A stretch of 64,000 bases of DNA from the human T2T-CHM13v2.0 reference genome, Homo sapiens. A model generated the notes under the pieces. The model saw only the letters and a list, made by a program, of their open reading frames with translations. It was not told where the DNA came from and ran no database searches. The first letter of the stretch is position 1. Every line of letters starts with the position of its first letter. Positions 43,549 through 57,179 of the stretch are shown piece after piece. Location: assembly GCF_009914755.1 (NCBI RefSeq), contig NC_060936.1; one strand, 5' to 3'. Both the position numbers and the translations under genes were made by a program.

Positions 43549-43841
43549 CTACATCAATAGAATAAAGAACAAAAACTACATGATTATTTCAATAAAAAAA
43601 GCATTTGACAAAATTCAACACCTCTTTATGATAAAAAACACTCAACAAACTAGGAATAGAAGGGAACTTTGTCAACCTGATGAATGGCATATAAACACAC
43701 GCACACACGCAGCCAAAAGACTGAATGCTTTCTCCTGAAGATCAGAAAGAAGGATTTCCACCCTTGCCATTTCTATTCAACATTGTGATGGAGGTTTTAG
43801 GCGAGACACTTAGGCAAGAACATGAGATAAGAGGCATTCAG

Positions 43842-44145
<304 letters not shown>

Positions 44146-45001
44146 GCATTCAGATTGGAAAGGAAAAAGAACTAACTCTGTTTGCAGAGAATACTACCTT
44201 GCATATGGAAAAATCTTAAGGAATTCATTAAAAACCTATTAGAACTATTCAACAAGATTGCTGGATACAAGATCAGTATGCAAAATTTAATTGCATTTCT
44301 ATATACTATCAGTAAACAATTGAAAAATGAAATTCAGAAAATATTTCTATTTATAATATCAAAAAGAATAAAATGCTTAGGAATAAATTTCACAAAAAAT
44401 TGCAAAAGTTATACACTGAAAACTATAATACATTGTTGAAAGAAATTAAAGACCAAAATAAAAAAAAAGACATCTCATGTTCATGGATCTGTTGGATATC
44501 CAAGTGCAAAAGAGTGAAGTTAGCCCCCTATATACACGTATATAAAAATTAAGTAGATCAAAGACTTAAATGTAAGAAGAAAAACTATAAAACTCATAGA
44601 CGTAAACTTAGGCATAAATCCTCTTGATCCTGAATTAAATAGTAGTTGCTTAGAAATGACATCAAATGTGCAAGCAACAAAAGAAAAGATAGGTAAACAG
44701 GACATCATCAGAATTAAAGATTTGTGTTCACATGACACCATCAAAAGTGAAAAGACAACTTTAATGGGAAAATATTTGCAAATAATTTGATAAGGAGCTT
44801 GTTTTTAGAGTATATAAGAACTTCATCGTAAAAAAGACAAATAGTCCCATTAGAAAATTGACAAAGTATCTCAGTAGACAAATATCTATGTACAAATGGC
44901 CAATCAGCAAATGAAAAGATGTTTGACGTTATTAGCCTTCAGAGAAATGAAAATGAAAATAAGATATGATTTCATACTAAGTTGGCTGTAATATTAGTTA
45001 G

Positions 45002-45304
<303 letters not shown>

Positions 45305-47245
45305 TAATAAGGAGTGTGAGTGAGATTGTGAAGAATAAGAACTCTCATACACTGTTGGTGGGAATGTAAAATATTACAGCTACCTTGAAAAACAGTCTGG
45401 CAGTTCTTGAAAATGTTACACATAGAGTTATCATATGACCCAGCAATTCTGCTCCTAATTACATACCCAAGTGAAGTTAAAATATATGTCCATGCAAAAA
45501 GTTGTACATGAATGTTCATAGCAGCATTATTCATAATAGCCAAAAATAGAAACAACCCAAATGATCTGAATTAATAGATGTGATATAACAATACAATGAA
45601 ATATTATTTGGCAATAAAAAAATGAAATACAGATATTTACTACAATATGGATGATTCTTGACCACATGTATGATTTTATTTATATGAAATATCCAGAGTA
45701 GGCAAATCCATAGAGACTGAAAGGAAGTAAATGATCGCCTATGGCTGGGGATTTGATGGGAAATGGGCAGTGAATGCTAATAGGTATGTGGGTTATTTTT
45801 TGGGTAATGAGAGTGTCCCAAAAGTAACTGGTGATAGTTCCATAATTTTGTGAATATATTTAAACTATCAAGCTGTATGCCTTAAAGTGAATTGTATGGC
45901 ATGTTAATGATATCTCAGTAAAGCTGTTGTTTAAACAAACAAACAGAAGCTGGATAGCACCGATAATTCACCATGGGTATGATTTAGGCAAGAAAGACAC
46001 TGAAGGGTCAGCAGGCCCTCACTTAAGAGTTGGCCTGACTATAAAAATATTGGCAGATGAATGGGTATTTATCTGGTTAAAGTTAAGTGTACAAAATGCT
46101 TTCATGTTTTCATGATTCACTGCTTTAACCTGCTTTTATGATTAACCAGCCAGTTACCAGTCTCAACTGTGCTAAGAGACTTCTGCTGTGTGGTTGTGGC
46201 CTTGGAGCTGAGAATTTCCTGGAGATTAGATTGGAAAGTTACTAATCATTAAGCCATTGATAAGATTAAACATTTATTAAGCACCTATTATGTGTTAGGC
46301 ACATCAACATGTAGTTTCAGTTGTTGAAGCCATGAGTGTTACTTTGGTCACCTAGGGAGAGAGGGGATAGAATGAGAAGCATAGAGGACTGAGCCAGAAA
46401 TTCAATAATGTTAGCCTGAAAAAGAACAGCCCAGAAGATGACAGAGGGGAATGACCAGATGGGTGGGAGAAGCCATGGAAAACGGGATGTAGAAGTCAGG
46501 ACAAAGGAGTGGCTGTGAGGAACGTCAGCTGTGCAGATGCTCTGGGGACATCAAAGATGGTGCAAGGAAATAGGAAACAGTATGAAGAAAGCCCATGCAG
46601 CATCGGGGTCTTGGTGAACCTGTTGGAACTATGTCATTGGTAAAGCAGGGGACAGATTATAGTTGATTTGGGAATAATGTAGATGAATTATAATTAAAAG
46701 AATTTGAGACTGTATAAATTTAATTTGTGTGTTTTAAAAGTGTTTCACTCAGAACTTCATTCCCTGTACTCTTTGGAAGTATAGGTGATTTTATTTTCTA
46801 AAAGCCTTTTTCATTTTCTGAATATCTTTTAATGAGCGTACTTTTCCTATGTAGTTAGAGAAAAAAGTTGTTAGGTATCAAAAGATATGATGATGTGTGA
46901 TAACCTTATTTGCCAGTGTGTTGGAATGTGAGACAATGAATTCTAACCAAGTATTTCACAAAGAAATTGCTAAGGACTTCTACTAGGCTGCTAAGTACCT
47001 TTTCTTTGGGATTTCCTTTGGTGCTACATGGAATAAATACTGTGCTTTGGAAGGTTGTAATTTCTTGGTAATCATAAATGTCTACATGTTCCTTGGCCAC
47101 GTACATGAAATTATTAAAAACCACTCTAACCTTTGAATTTTACTTCTTGCAGCTACGGTAAGTGACAATAAATAGAATTGGGCCCTCTTAACTAACAGAA
47201 TTGAAACAAAAGAGGTTGAAACTTTTGGTTGTCAGCTCCTTCTTG

Positions 47246-47413
47246 TATTATATGTAAGGAGGGGTGAATGAGGAAGAGTGTACTGGGTATATTTTGTATA
47301 AGGTGCTATGGTGAATTAAAGGTCTCTTTATTATATGTAAGGAGGGATGAATGAGGAAGAGTATTTGCTGAGTATATTTTGTACAAGGCACTAGGATAGA
47401 TTAAAGATCTCTT
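47246..47413. repeat. Diverged tandem duplication, 2 copies of ~84 bp
   Basis: Copies 47246-47328 and 47329-47413 both read tattatatgtaaggaggg.tgaatgaggaagagt...ttaaag.tctctt. Confidence 0.95.
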
Positions 47414-49369
47414 TCTCTCCAATTCTATTGTAAAAGTATATGTTGAATTCTGGAGGAACCCTGGCTAATTTGCTTTTTTAAAAAAAGCCAAATTTGGTGC
47501 ACGATACTTAGGTTTGACATGCAAAACTAATTGAAAAAAGCCGTATAAAATTTTACTGCAGTGTTAGTTGAAGAATGTCCAGGAGTGGTTGTGTTTATGA
47601 TAACAGTAAGAATTCTGGAAACCTCTTCCAGTTTTCTCCATTATCCCTCATTAGCATGGTGCTATTCCACAAGTCTCTCTTCTACCAGGGAACTGCATCC
47701 TGTCCCTCGCCCCTCAGTGATTTTTCTCATGTCTATCATGTAGATCACTTTAGCCTCTCAGGCTGTTTGCAGCTCTCCTCTTCTCCATTACCAGCATGTC
47801 TGCATTAGGGAGAGGTGTGGGGCAGGTCTAGCCTCACATATGTTTTAGCTGGGGAAAGAAGAACATTGACAACCCATGTTATTTTTTATTGTATTCCTTT
47901 AACAAATACACAGTAAGTGACAGTGCTTCAGAAGCCCTGCTTTTTAATCTGTCTGGGGAAGGGTGACCTCTGGTGGCTAAAACCATAAGCCCCAATTTCA
48001 AGAAACAAAAAGATTTCTTTTTACTGTTGTTTACATTATATTCATATGTTTATGTTTTGTCACTTTTTATAATGTACTATATATTCATTAGAAGTAAATC
48101 AGTGTCTTCTGCCACCGTGTTTAAATGCGGCATCTTCTGTTAATCATCAGCTGTGCTCTGTACTCATGATTGGCCTTAATTTGAGATCCAAAATATTTCC
48201 TTAACAGATTATTTTTTGTTCTGAGGAACAAGATCATTTCCTTGGCACTCTTTTGTTATTAAAACTTAAAACTTCTCTGTTGGTTTAAATGTTGACCATT
48301 ATTATTATAACAGAAAAACAGTTTTACCCACTGGTTAAAGGAAAAAAAAATCAATCTCAAACTATGACGTCCGAGTTATACTCCTGGCTACTATTTATCT
48401 TTGAATCAGCCATCTAACCAACATTTAATTGGCTTGCTTCCTCAGAGATATTTATTCTTAACTTGTTTAGTCTGCCAGTAAATGACCACCAAATCGTCAG
48501 TTTTGTTTTTATTACAGTCTTTGCTGGTTTGCTTATTTGTGCATCACTTTATTTAAAAAGAGTTTAGGGCAACTAATTTATTTTTTGTAAAAATAAATTT
48601 TGAAATAAAATGTGGCAAAAAGATAAAGTATCTTTCTCTTGGGATTTTGATTATGATACCGTATGTCTAAATTGTCTCAAAGTTGATTTCAGTTCATTTG
48701 TTTTCTAATATGTAATTGATAAACATTATAGTGACTTGTATTAATTACACTTAGTGATAAAATAATTCTTAGTAGGTTTTTTTCCCCCCATGATCCAAAT
48801 AATGTTTTATTCAGGAGAAAATAAAAACTCATTTTATTCAAAAGCCTTGGTTTTTAAGTATTTTCTGTGACAGTGTAAATCTTCCTTCTTTCTCATGGTT
48901 TATAAGCCCAGGTAGAGGGGCTACAAGAAGCAGAAACAAATTCATTCCATGTAATTGTGCTTGTTTTCAATGAAAGTTCTGCAGGGCTCTGTAGGATGAC
49001 TTTTTAAAACCACTTGTCCGGATAAGATGGATTCTATTCCTTTTATTCCGGTATTGGGTTTTTGTCTATCACACATGGAAATGTTTTTACAGCCTGTGAT
49101 GCTCTGCAGTGCTGTTACTAATGCCATAGTAAAAATGCTGAGATGTTGCAGTGCAACAGAAATTCCCACTTAGAAATACATGTTAGTCAAGTGAATAATA
49201 TTTAACTTCTTTCTTTTCAAACCAAATAGACATCCCCGAAGTTATCTTTTTTTTTTTTCCTAAACTTAGATTTTAGTAGATAAGCAGCCCAGATTAACTT
49301 CTGGAACAAAGTTAGGACTTAAAAAGTATTTCCTCACCCATACTGTACCAGACAAGTGCCTGGTTTTGG

Positions 49370-49542
49370 GGCTAGGTAAATAAATATTTTAGGCTTTGCA
49401 GGCAATATGGTCCCTGTTGTTACTACTCAACTTCATTGTAGCACATGAGCAGCCATAGACAGTACGTAAATGAATGAACCCGACTGTTTTCAATTCAACT
49501 TTATTTACAAACCAGGTAGCGGGCCATAACTTGCAGACCCCT
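49370..49542. mobile_element. MER58A-like hAT-Charlie
   Basis: taaatattttaggctttgcaggc...actactcaact...gcagccatagacagtacgtaaatgaatga...aactttatttaca. Confidence 0.85.
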
Positions 49543-52339
49543 TCAAGATGGTCAGGAACAGTGAGTTGAAGCAGTAGGAAATATGATATTTCTTCTTAAA
49601 TATGTCTGCAGCTTTTACTGCTGCAGCTTTCAGTATAAATGAAGACTCTTTACAGTTATGTAATGCCTGAGACAACAATCAAATAAGCTTTATTTTACAA
49701 CTAGTAACTTGGTGCCAAATTTAACTTGTAGACTCCCCCTGCCCCATTTTTTTTTGAGGTATTATGAGGGTTTGTGATACTCTGCCAGTACATTGGGTTA
49801 GATTTCTGGATTACTTTGATTTTGCCAATTGTCAAACCTTTAAAATTCCAACACCCCAAGATGCTAGATTGTTTCAGTATTTTTTTTTCTAAACACTGCC
49901 ATTTAACTTGGATTCTCAAAGTATATTTTGGCTCATCGTTACACGTGAGACCCATCCATCCTCATCATGATGGTGTGAAATCAGTGTAGAGTTCTTGAAC
50001 TCAATCAGCAGCCCTTTGTTAAGCTTCTGCCACAGGCCCAGTAGAGTTACTAACAGGATTTGAGCCCAACTGAGGGCAGGGTCAGATTTGGTGGCAGTGT
50101 GCCAGGTGGATCACAGAGAGGTGTAAGCAACTATAAAATTATAAGGACCTGAGATGATAAAGGTTTGGAACTATTGCTGTTGGCAGTAAGAATGGTAAGT
50201 AGTTGGTGGTCTGAGAGACTTAAAATAGAGGACTAGAAAATGCTTGCCTGCTTCTAAAGGCACTTGTTAGGTAGGGTCTGCGGGATCAGAGTGGGAATGG
50301 GAGAACTTGAGAAAAAGAGGGTTAATAGAGATTTCAATAGCAGCCACACATGTAAAACTACAGATATTTCCATCATTTTTGAAAATATTTCTTATTCAGA
50401 GTAATCTAAAAAATCTGAGGAGATGCTTCAATGGCTTAATCTGACCTATATGTTTTGCTTATAAATATGTTTCAAAATATCCTGTTTCTCATCATCATGT
50501 TAGTTACTTTGATGAAATACATGTTTTGGTTTACATTTATGTGCATGATGTCAGCAGCTTACAGTACATGAAGGAAACTTCCCATATCCCAGAAGTAGTG
50601 ACTTAGGAGAACTATGGTCTTGAGATGCTTGGAAATTTTGTATCTGGAAAATTTACCAATCAGGGAATTTTCCATTGAGCTTGCTTTTTTGAAAAGGTCC
50701 TTCAGTTTGTAGCAGTTTGTTAGCCCAGTTTATCCTTTCTTGTGATGAGCTAGTCATTTTGCATTTTCACATATAAAACTTTGAAATGTCTTTTAAAAAG
50801 TTTATGGGAATATTGTGTATGTTATTGCTTCATTTTCCCCGAAAGGAAGTGGGAGAAATTTGAGTCATTAATATACATTAAAATTCTGTGTATGTTTTTC
50901 GTACTCATAGCAGGTTGTTCCAAATCATCTAGGTAACAAACTTTGGAATGTTGATAGAAAACAAACTTCTAGCACTGTTTGTATGGAGAAGTATTTCCCA
51001 AAGTCAAGTTCTAGGACTCTTGGGACTGTTTCATGGCTGAGTCAAAGGTTCCCTTGTGACATGTGAATTTTTAGGAAGGAGAACAATGACAAATTTTTTT
51101 GAAATTGCTACATTAGCATGCAGCAAAAAATTCTGAGGGAAATGTTTCCTGGCAGTTTTTTTATTATATTTACCTGCAATTTATAGCTTAAGGGAGTTTT
51201 AACCCATGAAACCTCCAAATCTATTAAAAGTGAAAAGAGCTAGATAGATTTCATTAGCATGCGTAATGCCCAGTTTCCATACCCATCTATAATCATTTAA
51301 AGCAGGAATCATAATGGGAATATGAGCTGAGAAATTCTGTTGATGTTTGAAATGTCTGGAGTGTCAACATAATTAAACAGCGTATGTACACAATTGGCCC
51401 TGCTCCAAAACCAGTGATTATGTGTCTAACATCAATCCCCATGTGTCTACAAAGCTGTTAGAGTAAACATCTGGAATCTTTTACTACCAAAGCTAAAATA
51501 TTACATAATCAGTTAAAAGAAAGAGCTTCCTACCCACAGAGGTCCTGCAGAGAGCAATGTATGCTGTGATCTTGTTTTCAAGCAGGCCTGTCTTCTTTAG
51601 AGTAGCAACTAAATATATTAGATACTTCAACTATCCTTGAAATGTGACTTTTCCCCTGAGGTAAATACTAAGGATGGTTTAAATGTTGCTAAATGGTTCA
51701 GCTGAATCATAAATACTCTGTAATGAGACCAGAGGGGATCAAGTTGATCAGTGGGAGACCACATTCTTACCAAAACTGAGGCTCAGCTCTCAGGCCATTT
51801 CAAGGTATGCTGGAGTTCCTTTGAGCAAAAGAATTTGGTATTTTCTCATGTATGTATTGAAGCACTAAGTAAAAATTGTGATCTTTCAGGTCATAACAGA
51901 AAACCCACAAATTGTTTTATAGCATGTTTTTGATTTCACAATATAAAATGACAAGAATAGTGAGATCTTCCACATCTTTTTATATTTTTCCACTATATTT
52001 GTGTTAAAGCTTAGGTATTATTTTCATTCTTTCATGCTAAAAGCACATTAGCATTTTCTAGAATGTAAGTGGTTTTGCTAGAAAAATGATATTAATATGA
52101 TTATCCAGATTGTTATTTTGGAGGGAAAAAGGAAATAAGTTCTGCAAACACTGTTGGGTTTCTTTTTTTTAATGATAGAGGCATAAGATGAATAGTATCC
52201 ATCTTCATAGAAAGAAAGAAACGTAGAGCCAAGTATTGAAATTTTTTAATGGCATATTTCTTTGTGGAGGTGAAAACTGTTTCTTTGCATTTAATATGCA
52301 CATCTGCCTTGTCCCTGTCAAGTTTGCCACCTTCCAGAT

Positions 52340-52535
52340 AAAGGTTGAATGCCAGGACTCTCAAATCAGCCTCCACTCAGATCTCAGCTCCCATCTCCTA
52401 CCAGTTGTATTGTCTCCAACTAGTTCACCTTTCTGAGCCTCCAGGGCCTCATTTGTAAAATGGGGATGAGAATAAAAACATGACCTCAGTGGATTATTCT
52501 GAGTCGTTGTATGTGCCTAGCAAAGAGGAAGCACT
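52340..52535 (+). mobile_element. MIR
   Basis: cacctttctgagcctccagggcctcatttgtaaaatggggatgagaata. Confidence 0.7.
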
Positions 52536-52871
52536 TGGATCTGCTGGTGCCTTCTCCCCACCACCATCATGTCGACCAGACCCCAGCAAGCTAGCAGGGA
52601 GGTGGTGGTGGAGTGGGGAGAAAGATGTTCCAAGCAGAGGAAGCAATACATGGCAGGGCAGGGAGATGTGGCTGCCTCACAAAGGTGGGGAGTAGTTGAA
52701 GAACGGGCTGGAGTGAGGTGGGCAAATGGTAAGCACGTGGCACACTGTTCAACTAAGATAATCACAGCATTAGCTGGGATTTGGGGGTGAAGGAGTAGGA
52801 GTGAGGGGAGATGTGTCAATGTCCCTAAGTCCACAGGGGCAGGACAAAATAGCCCTATGGTCTGTCTAGGA

Positions 52872-53079
52872 CAGAGGTGTTCAATCTTTTGGCTTCCCTG
52901 GGCCACATTGGAAGAAGAATTGACTTGGGCAACACATAAAATACACTAACAATAGCAGATGAAGTAAAAAAAAAAAAAAATCTCATGATGTTTTAAGAAA
53001 GATTATGCATTTATGTTGGGCCGCATTTAAAGCCATCTGGGCCGCATGTAGCCCGCAGGCCACATGTTGGACAAGCTTG
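52872..53079 (+). mobile_element. MER30 (hAT-Charlie), complete, with 8-bp TSD
   Basis: caatcttttggcttccctgggccacattggaagaagaa...gttggacaagcttg. TSD gtctagga / atctagga. Confidence 0.9.
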
Positions 53080-53807
53080 ATCTAGGATTTCTATCATTCC
53101 TACCACTTCCAAAATTAAACTCATTCTTTTCAGTGGGAATGACTAAGCAAATAATCTTAGGGGGGAGAAAAAGATCATTATTCTTTCTGACAGGCTAAGT
53201 AACTCCTATTCCTTTTCCTCCAGCATTTATTTCCCATATTTCGAAATTAAGGAACCTCCTACTTTTTACATCCTAGCTAGAATGCATGAGGGGAAATCAA
53301 ACAAGGGTGGGATAAGATCCAAACACAGCAAAATTATTTATTACATCTTTTCCATGTAATGTGCCTATTAAAATTCATGATATTTAAGCTACATTAAAAA
53401 AAAACATCTAACTAAAAAACACCATACAGCAGATTCACCAAGTGTAGATGCATTCTCATTGGTTTGTTGTAGACTGCTTTTACCTTTCTAGGTACTGTTT
53501 GTCATAGCATTTGGTTTTTAATTTCTGTGTGAATTAGTCACTATGAACTATCCTATTTTTGGTATTATGGTGATTACTCTGGTGTTGCCCTATAAACTTT
53601 AATAGACGTTTTTCCAGTTGTCCAATACTACTGGTAAAAATTATTAATCCCTAGAAGTAAGGTTAGTTAATGAACTTCTCTTCTAGGCTGTACTAAGGCA
53701 CTGACCCCTACTCTGTGGAAATGGCTTTCCAACCAGTTTTACTCTTGTATGATAAGTTGTAGGGTTTAGTGATAGCTAGTCCCTGTCTTCAAAGTTGGCT
53801 GAGAAGA

Positions 53808-54276
53808 ATGCTACTTCGGCTAGAAACAGAAGAACTTCTTCACACAGTTAATATTTCTTTAAACAAAATGAAAGTGTTTATTGTAAGAGAAAAAATTTTA
53901 AGCCCAGAAAATACTGAAAAGATGAAATTATATAATCATATAATATAATTATATGAAATTATATAATTATATAAGTATATGAAATTATATAATTATATTA
54001 TATAATTATATAATTATATGAAATTATATAATTATATAATATAATTATATGAAATTATATATAAAAATTATATATAGTGTATATATTTTATATTATATAT
54101 TGTATATATAATTTTATATTGTATACATAATTATATATATAATTTTATATAATTATATAATTTCACCTTTTCAGTATTTTCTGGGCTTAAAATTTTTTCT
54201 CTTACAATAAACACTTGTTTTTTTTTAAAGAAATGTTAACTGTGTGAAGTTCTTCCATTTCTAGCCCAAGTAGCAT
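53808..54276. repeat. Long inverted repeat with AT-rich core (PATRR-like)
   Basis: Arms 53808-53936 and 54152-54276 are reverse complements, including a perfect 50-bp match (53872-53921 / 54167-54216). Confidence 0.95.
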
Positions 54277-54510
54277 ATAATACATATATCACTATATATC
54301 TGATATATATGATATACATCACTAGATATACAATATATGAAATTATATATAATATAATTTCATATAATTATGTATTATATAAAATATAATAAAATTATAT
54401 ATTATATATTATATATAATTATAATCATATATGATTTCATATATATGATATATATCATATATTTCATATATTTTTATATATTATATATTTATAATTTATA
54501 TATATATAAA
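54277..54510. repeat. AT-rich low-complexity (TA)n-like tract
   Basis: Read directly. Shares the ATATGAAATTATAT unit with 53925-54060. Confidence 0.9.
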
Positions 54511-55103
54511 GCCATCCATGATTTCACTCCTCTGAGCATAAGGGCCCAAACTCAGTCTAAAGGGCAGATACCATGACAGCTTCTTCATTTTAGCTTTTTT
54601 CTTCAGCTCAAATCCATTCAAGAACAACCTAGTTTACTCCCAGTGATCACTCATTCATCTCTTTAATATTAATCTACATCTGGGCCTCTCTTGCTTAAAT
54701 CCATGTTCCTCGCTAACTTCTGGATAAGATCAGCAATGGCAGAGACGCTCTGAATATTTTTTGTGAATCATATCTTTATAATTGGAGGGCACATCGGGGG
54801 AAACCAATGGCTTCTGTTTCTGTTTCGTTTTGTTTTGTTTCATCCATCCCTTCAAGAAAAAGAGAAGGCTTCTGTTTCTTGAACTGAAAAATTCTTACCA
54901 AGGAATAAATAGAAAAGCATTTAACAAAAATTTAAGCTATTCTTAAAATTTTGATACTTATTTCAATATTTATTATTTTTTAGAAAGTTATTTTTATATA
55001 TGGGCCATTTGGAACAGTTTCATTTTTTAAATTTTAATGTAAGATGTCCTAATTTTTATTTTAAAAGAGCCAAGATGACTTTGAGACTAATATTTAATAT
55101 TTA

Positions 55104-55468
<365 letters not shown>

Positions 55469-55676
55469 TGTATGTGTATTACCCTAGGATAAAGTAGTAT
55501 CTAAGTGATAGGAAGTTGGTGTTTTCCTTTTATATCTCAGAGTTTATCTAATTTTACTATTAACAGTATTGGTTGGTTGCCTAATAATTTGTTTGAAATC
55601 CCCTTCTTTTATTGTGTGAAAAAGTCTACCCAGGGACTATAAAAGCCGTAAAGATTAAATTCGGATAATTGCTTGA

Positions 55677-55893
55677 CAGTGCTGTACCCAGGGCGGGGCA
55701 GTAGGAAGAGGCAAGGTGGGAAACAGTGTCTGTACAGAATTTGAAAACAATAAAATTAAGAGTCCTGAAAGCTGACCTTCCTTATCACCATGGTCCAGAT
55801 ATTTTAAGCAATATCAGTGATAAGATACTCTTTTGTCACCTCCGTGGATCTTTGTCACTGCCAAACACCACCCTCACTCCCTTTGGTACACTC
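55677..55893. mobile_element. MER97-like hAT-Tip100
   Basis: cagtgctgtacccagggcggggc...tgtctgtacagaatttgaaaacaat...ttatcaccatg...caatatcagtgataagatactc. Confidence 0.6.
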
Positions 55894-57132
55894 TTTAAAA
55901 AGTAAACGCTATACAAATAAGTTTAAATTTTCTTACAAGGTATTTCATATAGTTTTTGTATTTTGTATACTTTTTAGGGCATATTTAGAAAGGGGGTAGA
56001 GTTTATAATTATTTTACTACCAAGATCCCATTTTATTATACTTTTACCAAAATCTTCATTCCATTTTTAAACATTTTATTACCAAATTGTGTTTAGTTAA
56101 TAATATTTTTGTTTTTATTATTTGATGTTTATAACTAGCAATGAGATTGGCATAGAAACAACAAGCTTAGCACAGTGAATTCAGGTAGTTATTTTCACAA
56201 GCAAATATATTTCATTGCATGGATAGCCTTTATGTGGCTGGTGGGCCTTCATGACACTTTTGTTAGGAGGTGGGTGCTAAAGAGATACTTGTATGAGATG
56301 CAGGGGGAAGCTTCAGAGGAGTGGCTGTGTCCTGAAACCAAGAGCTTCCCCTAAAGGGTCACCACAGCAAGCTTGTTTTCTCAGTCAGAGACTAAAGGAA
56401 AATTGTGCCCTAGCCAGCTAGCCTGAGTGTGAAACAATTTAAAGGTGGAGAGAGGGAGAAAAGCAGGTATGTATTAACCAAGGCCAGCTCAATTCTGGGA
56501 CTGGGCTGAGTGCCTGTGCTGTGTGTATTTGCACGGCATCCCCTCCTCTTTGGTGTGTTGTCTTTCTACCCTGTACACACCCCCATCACAGTCATATTGA
56601 GTTGGGATTATAAACTTCTGGAGTCAACACACAGGTTGCACGTGATGTGTATGCTTTGGATGAACTAATGGCACTGTGATAAAATAGTTTGCTCTCAGAC
56701 CCTACTGTTTTGTACTTTTATTCTTAGAGTGAAGCTTTGTTTCATGATCACGGTCTCAGAGAACCTCAGTCCCTTTGGAAATAGAACTGACTAGATGAAA
56801 TACAATGAAGACCACAAAAATAAGCTAAAAACTGTAGTTTTGACTGTTTCCTTGAAAGTATTTTGCATTTTCATTTATGAGCACCGTAGATCCTGCAGAT
56901 GTACTTGTGTGTTTTTATACTTTGTGTTTAGAACCTCAGCTTCTGAGGCATACTGGAAAGGCCAAAACTACAAAACTAGATATTTGGCTTTTAAATGTAT
57001 CTTCAGCATACATATTCGTCACTGTTACCCAGGGCACATTTGAAAAACTCCAAAAACCTTGTATAACCTACTCTTTAATTCCCAAGATTAATTTGGGAAA
57101 ATAAATGCTTTGTTTTTTAAAATGTTCTTATT

Positions 57133-57135
<3 letters not shown>

Positions 57136-57177
<42 letters not shown>
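57136..57177. repeat. (AC)21 perfect microsatellite
   Basis: Read directly from the sequence. Confidence 0.97.

Positions 57178-57179
<2 letters not shown>

Noticed and set aside
47246-47413. CRISPR-like or other repeat-spacer array
   Set aside because: There are only two adjacent diverged copies with no spacers, in a eukaryotic context.
54370-54576. Y/I-rich ORF
   Set aside because: It is a translation of the AT low-complexity tract.
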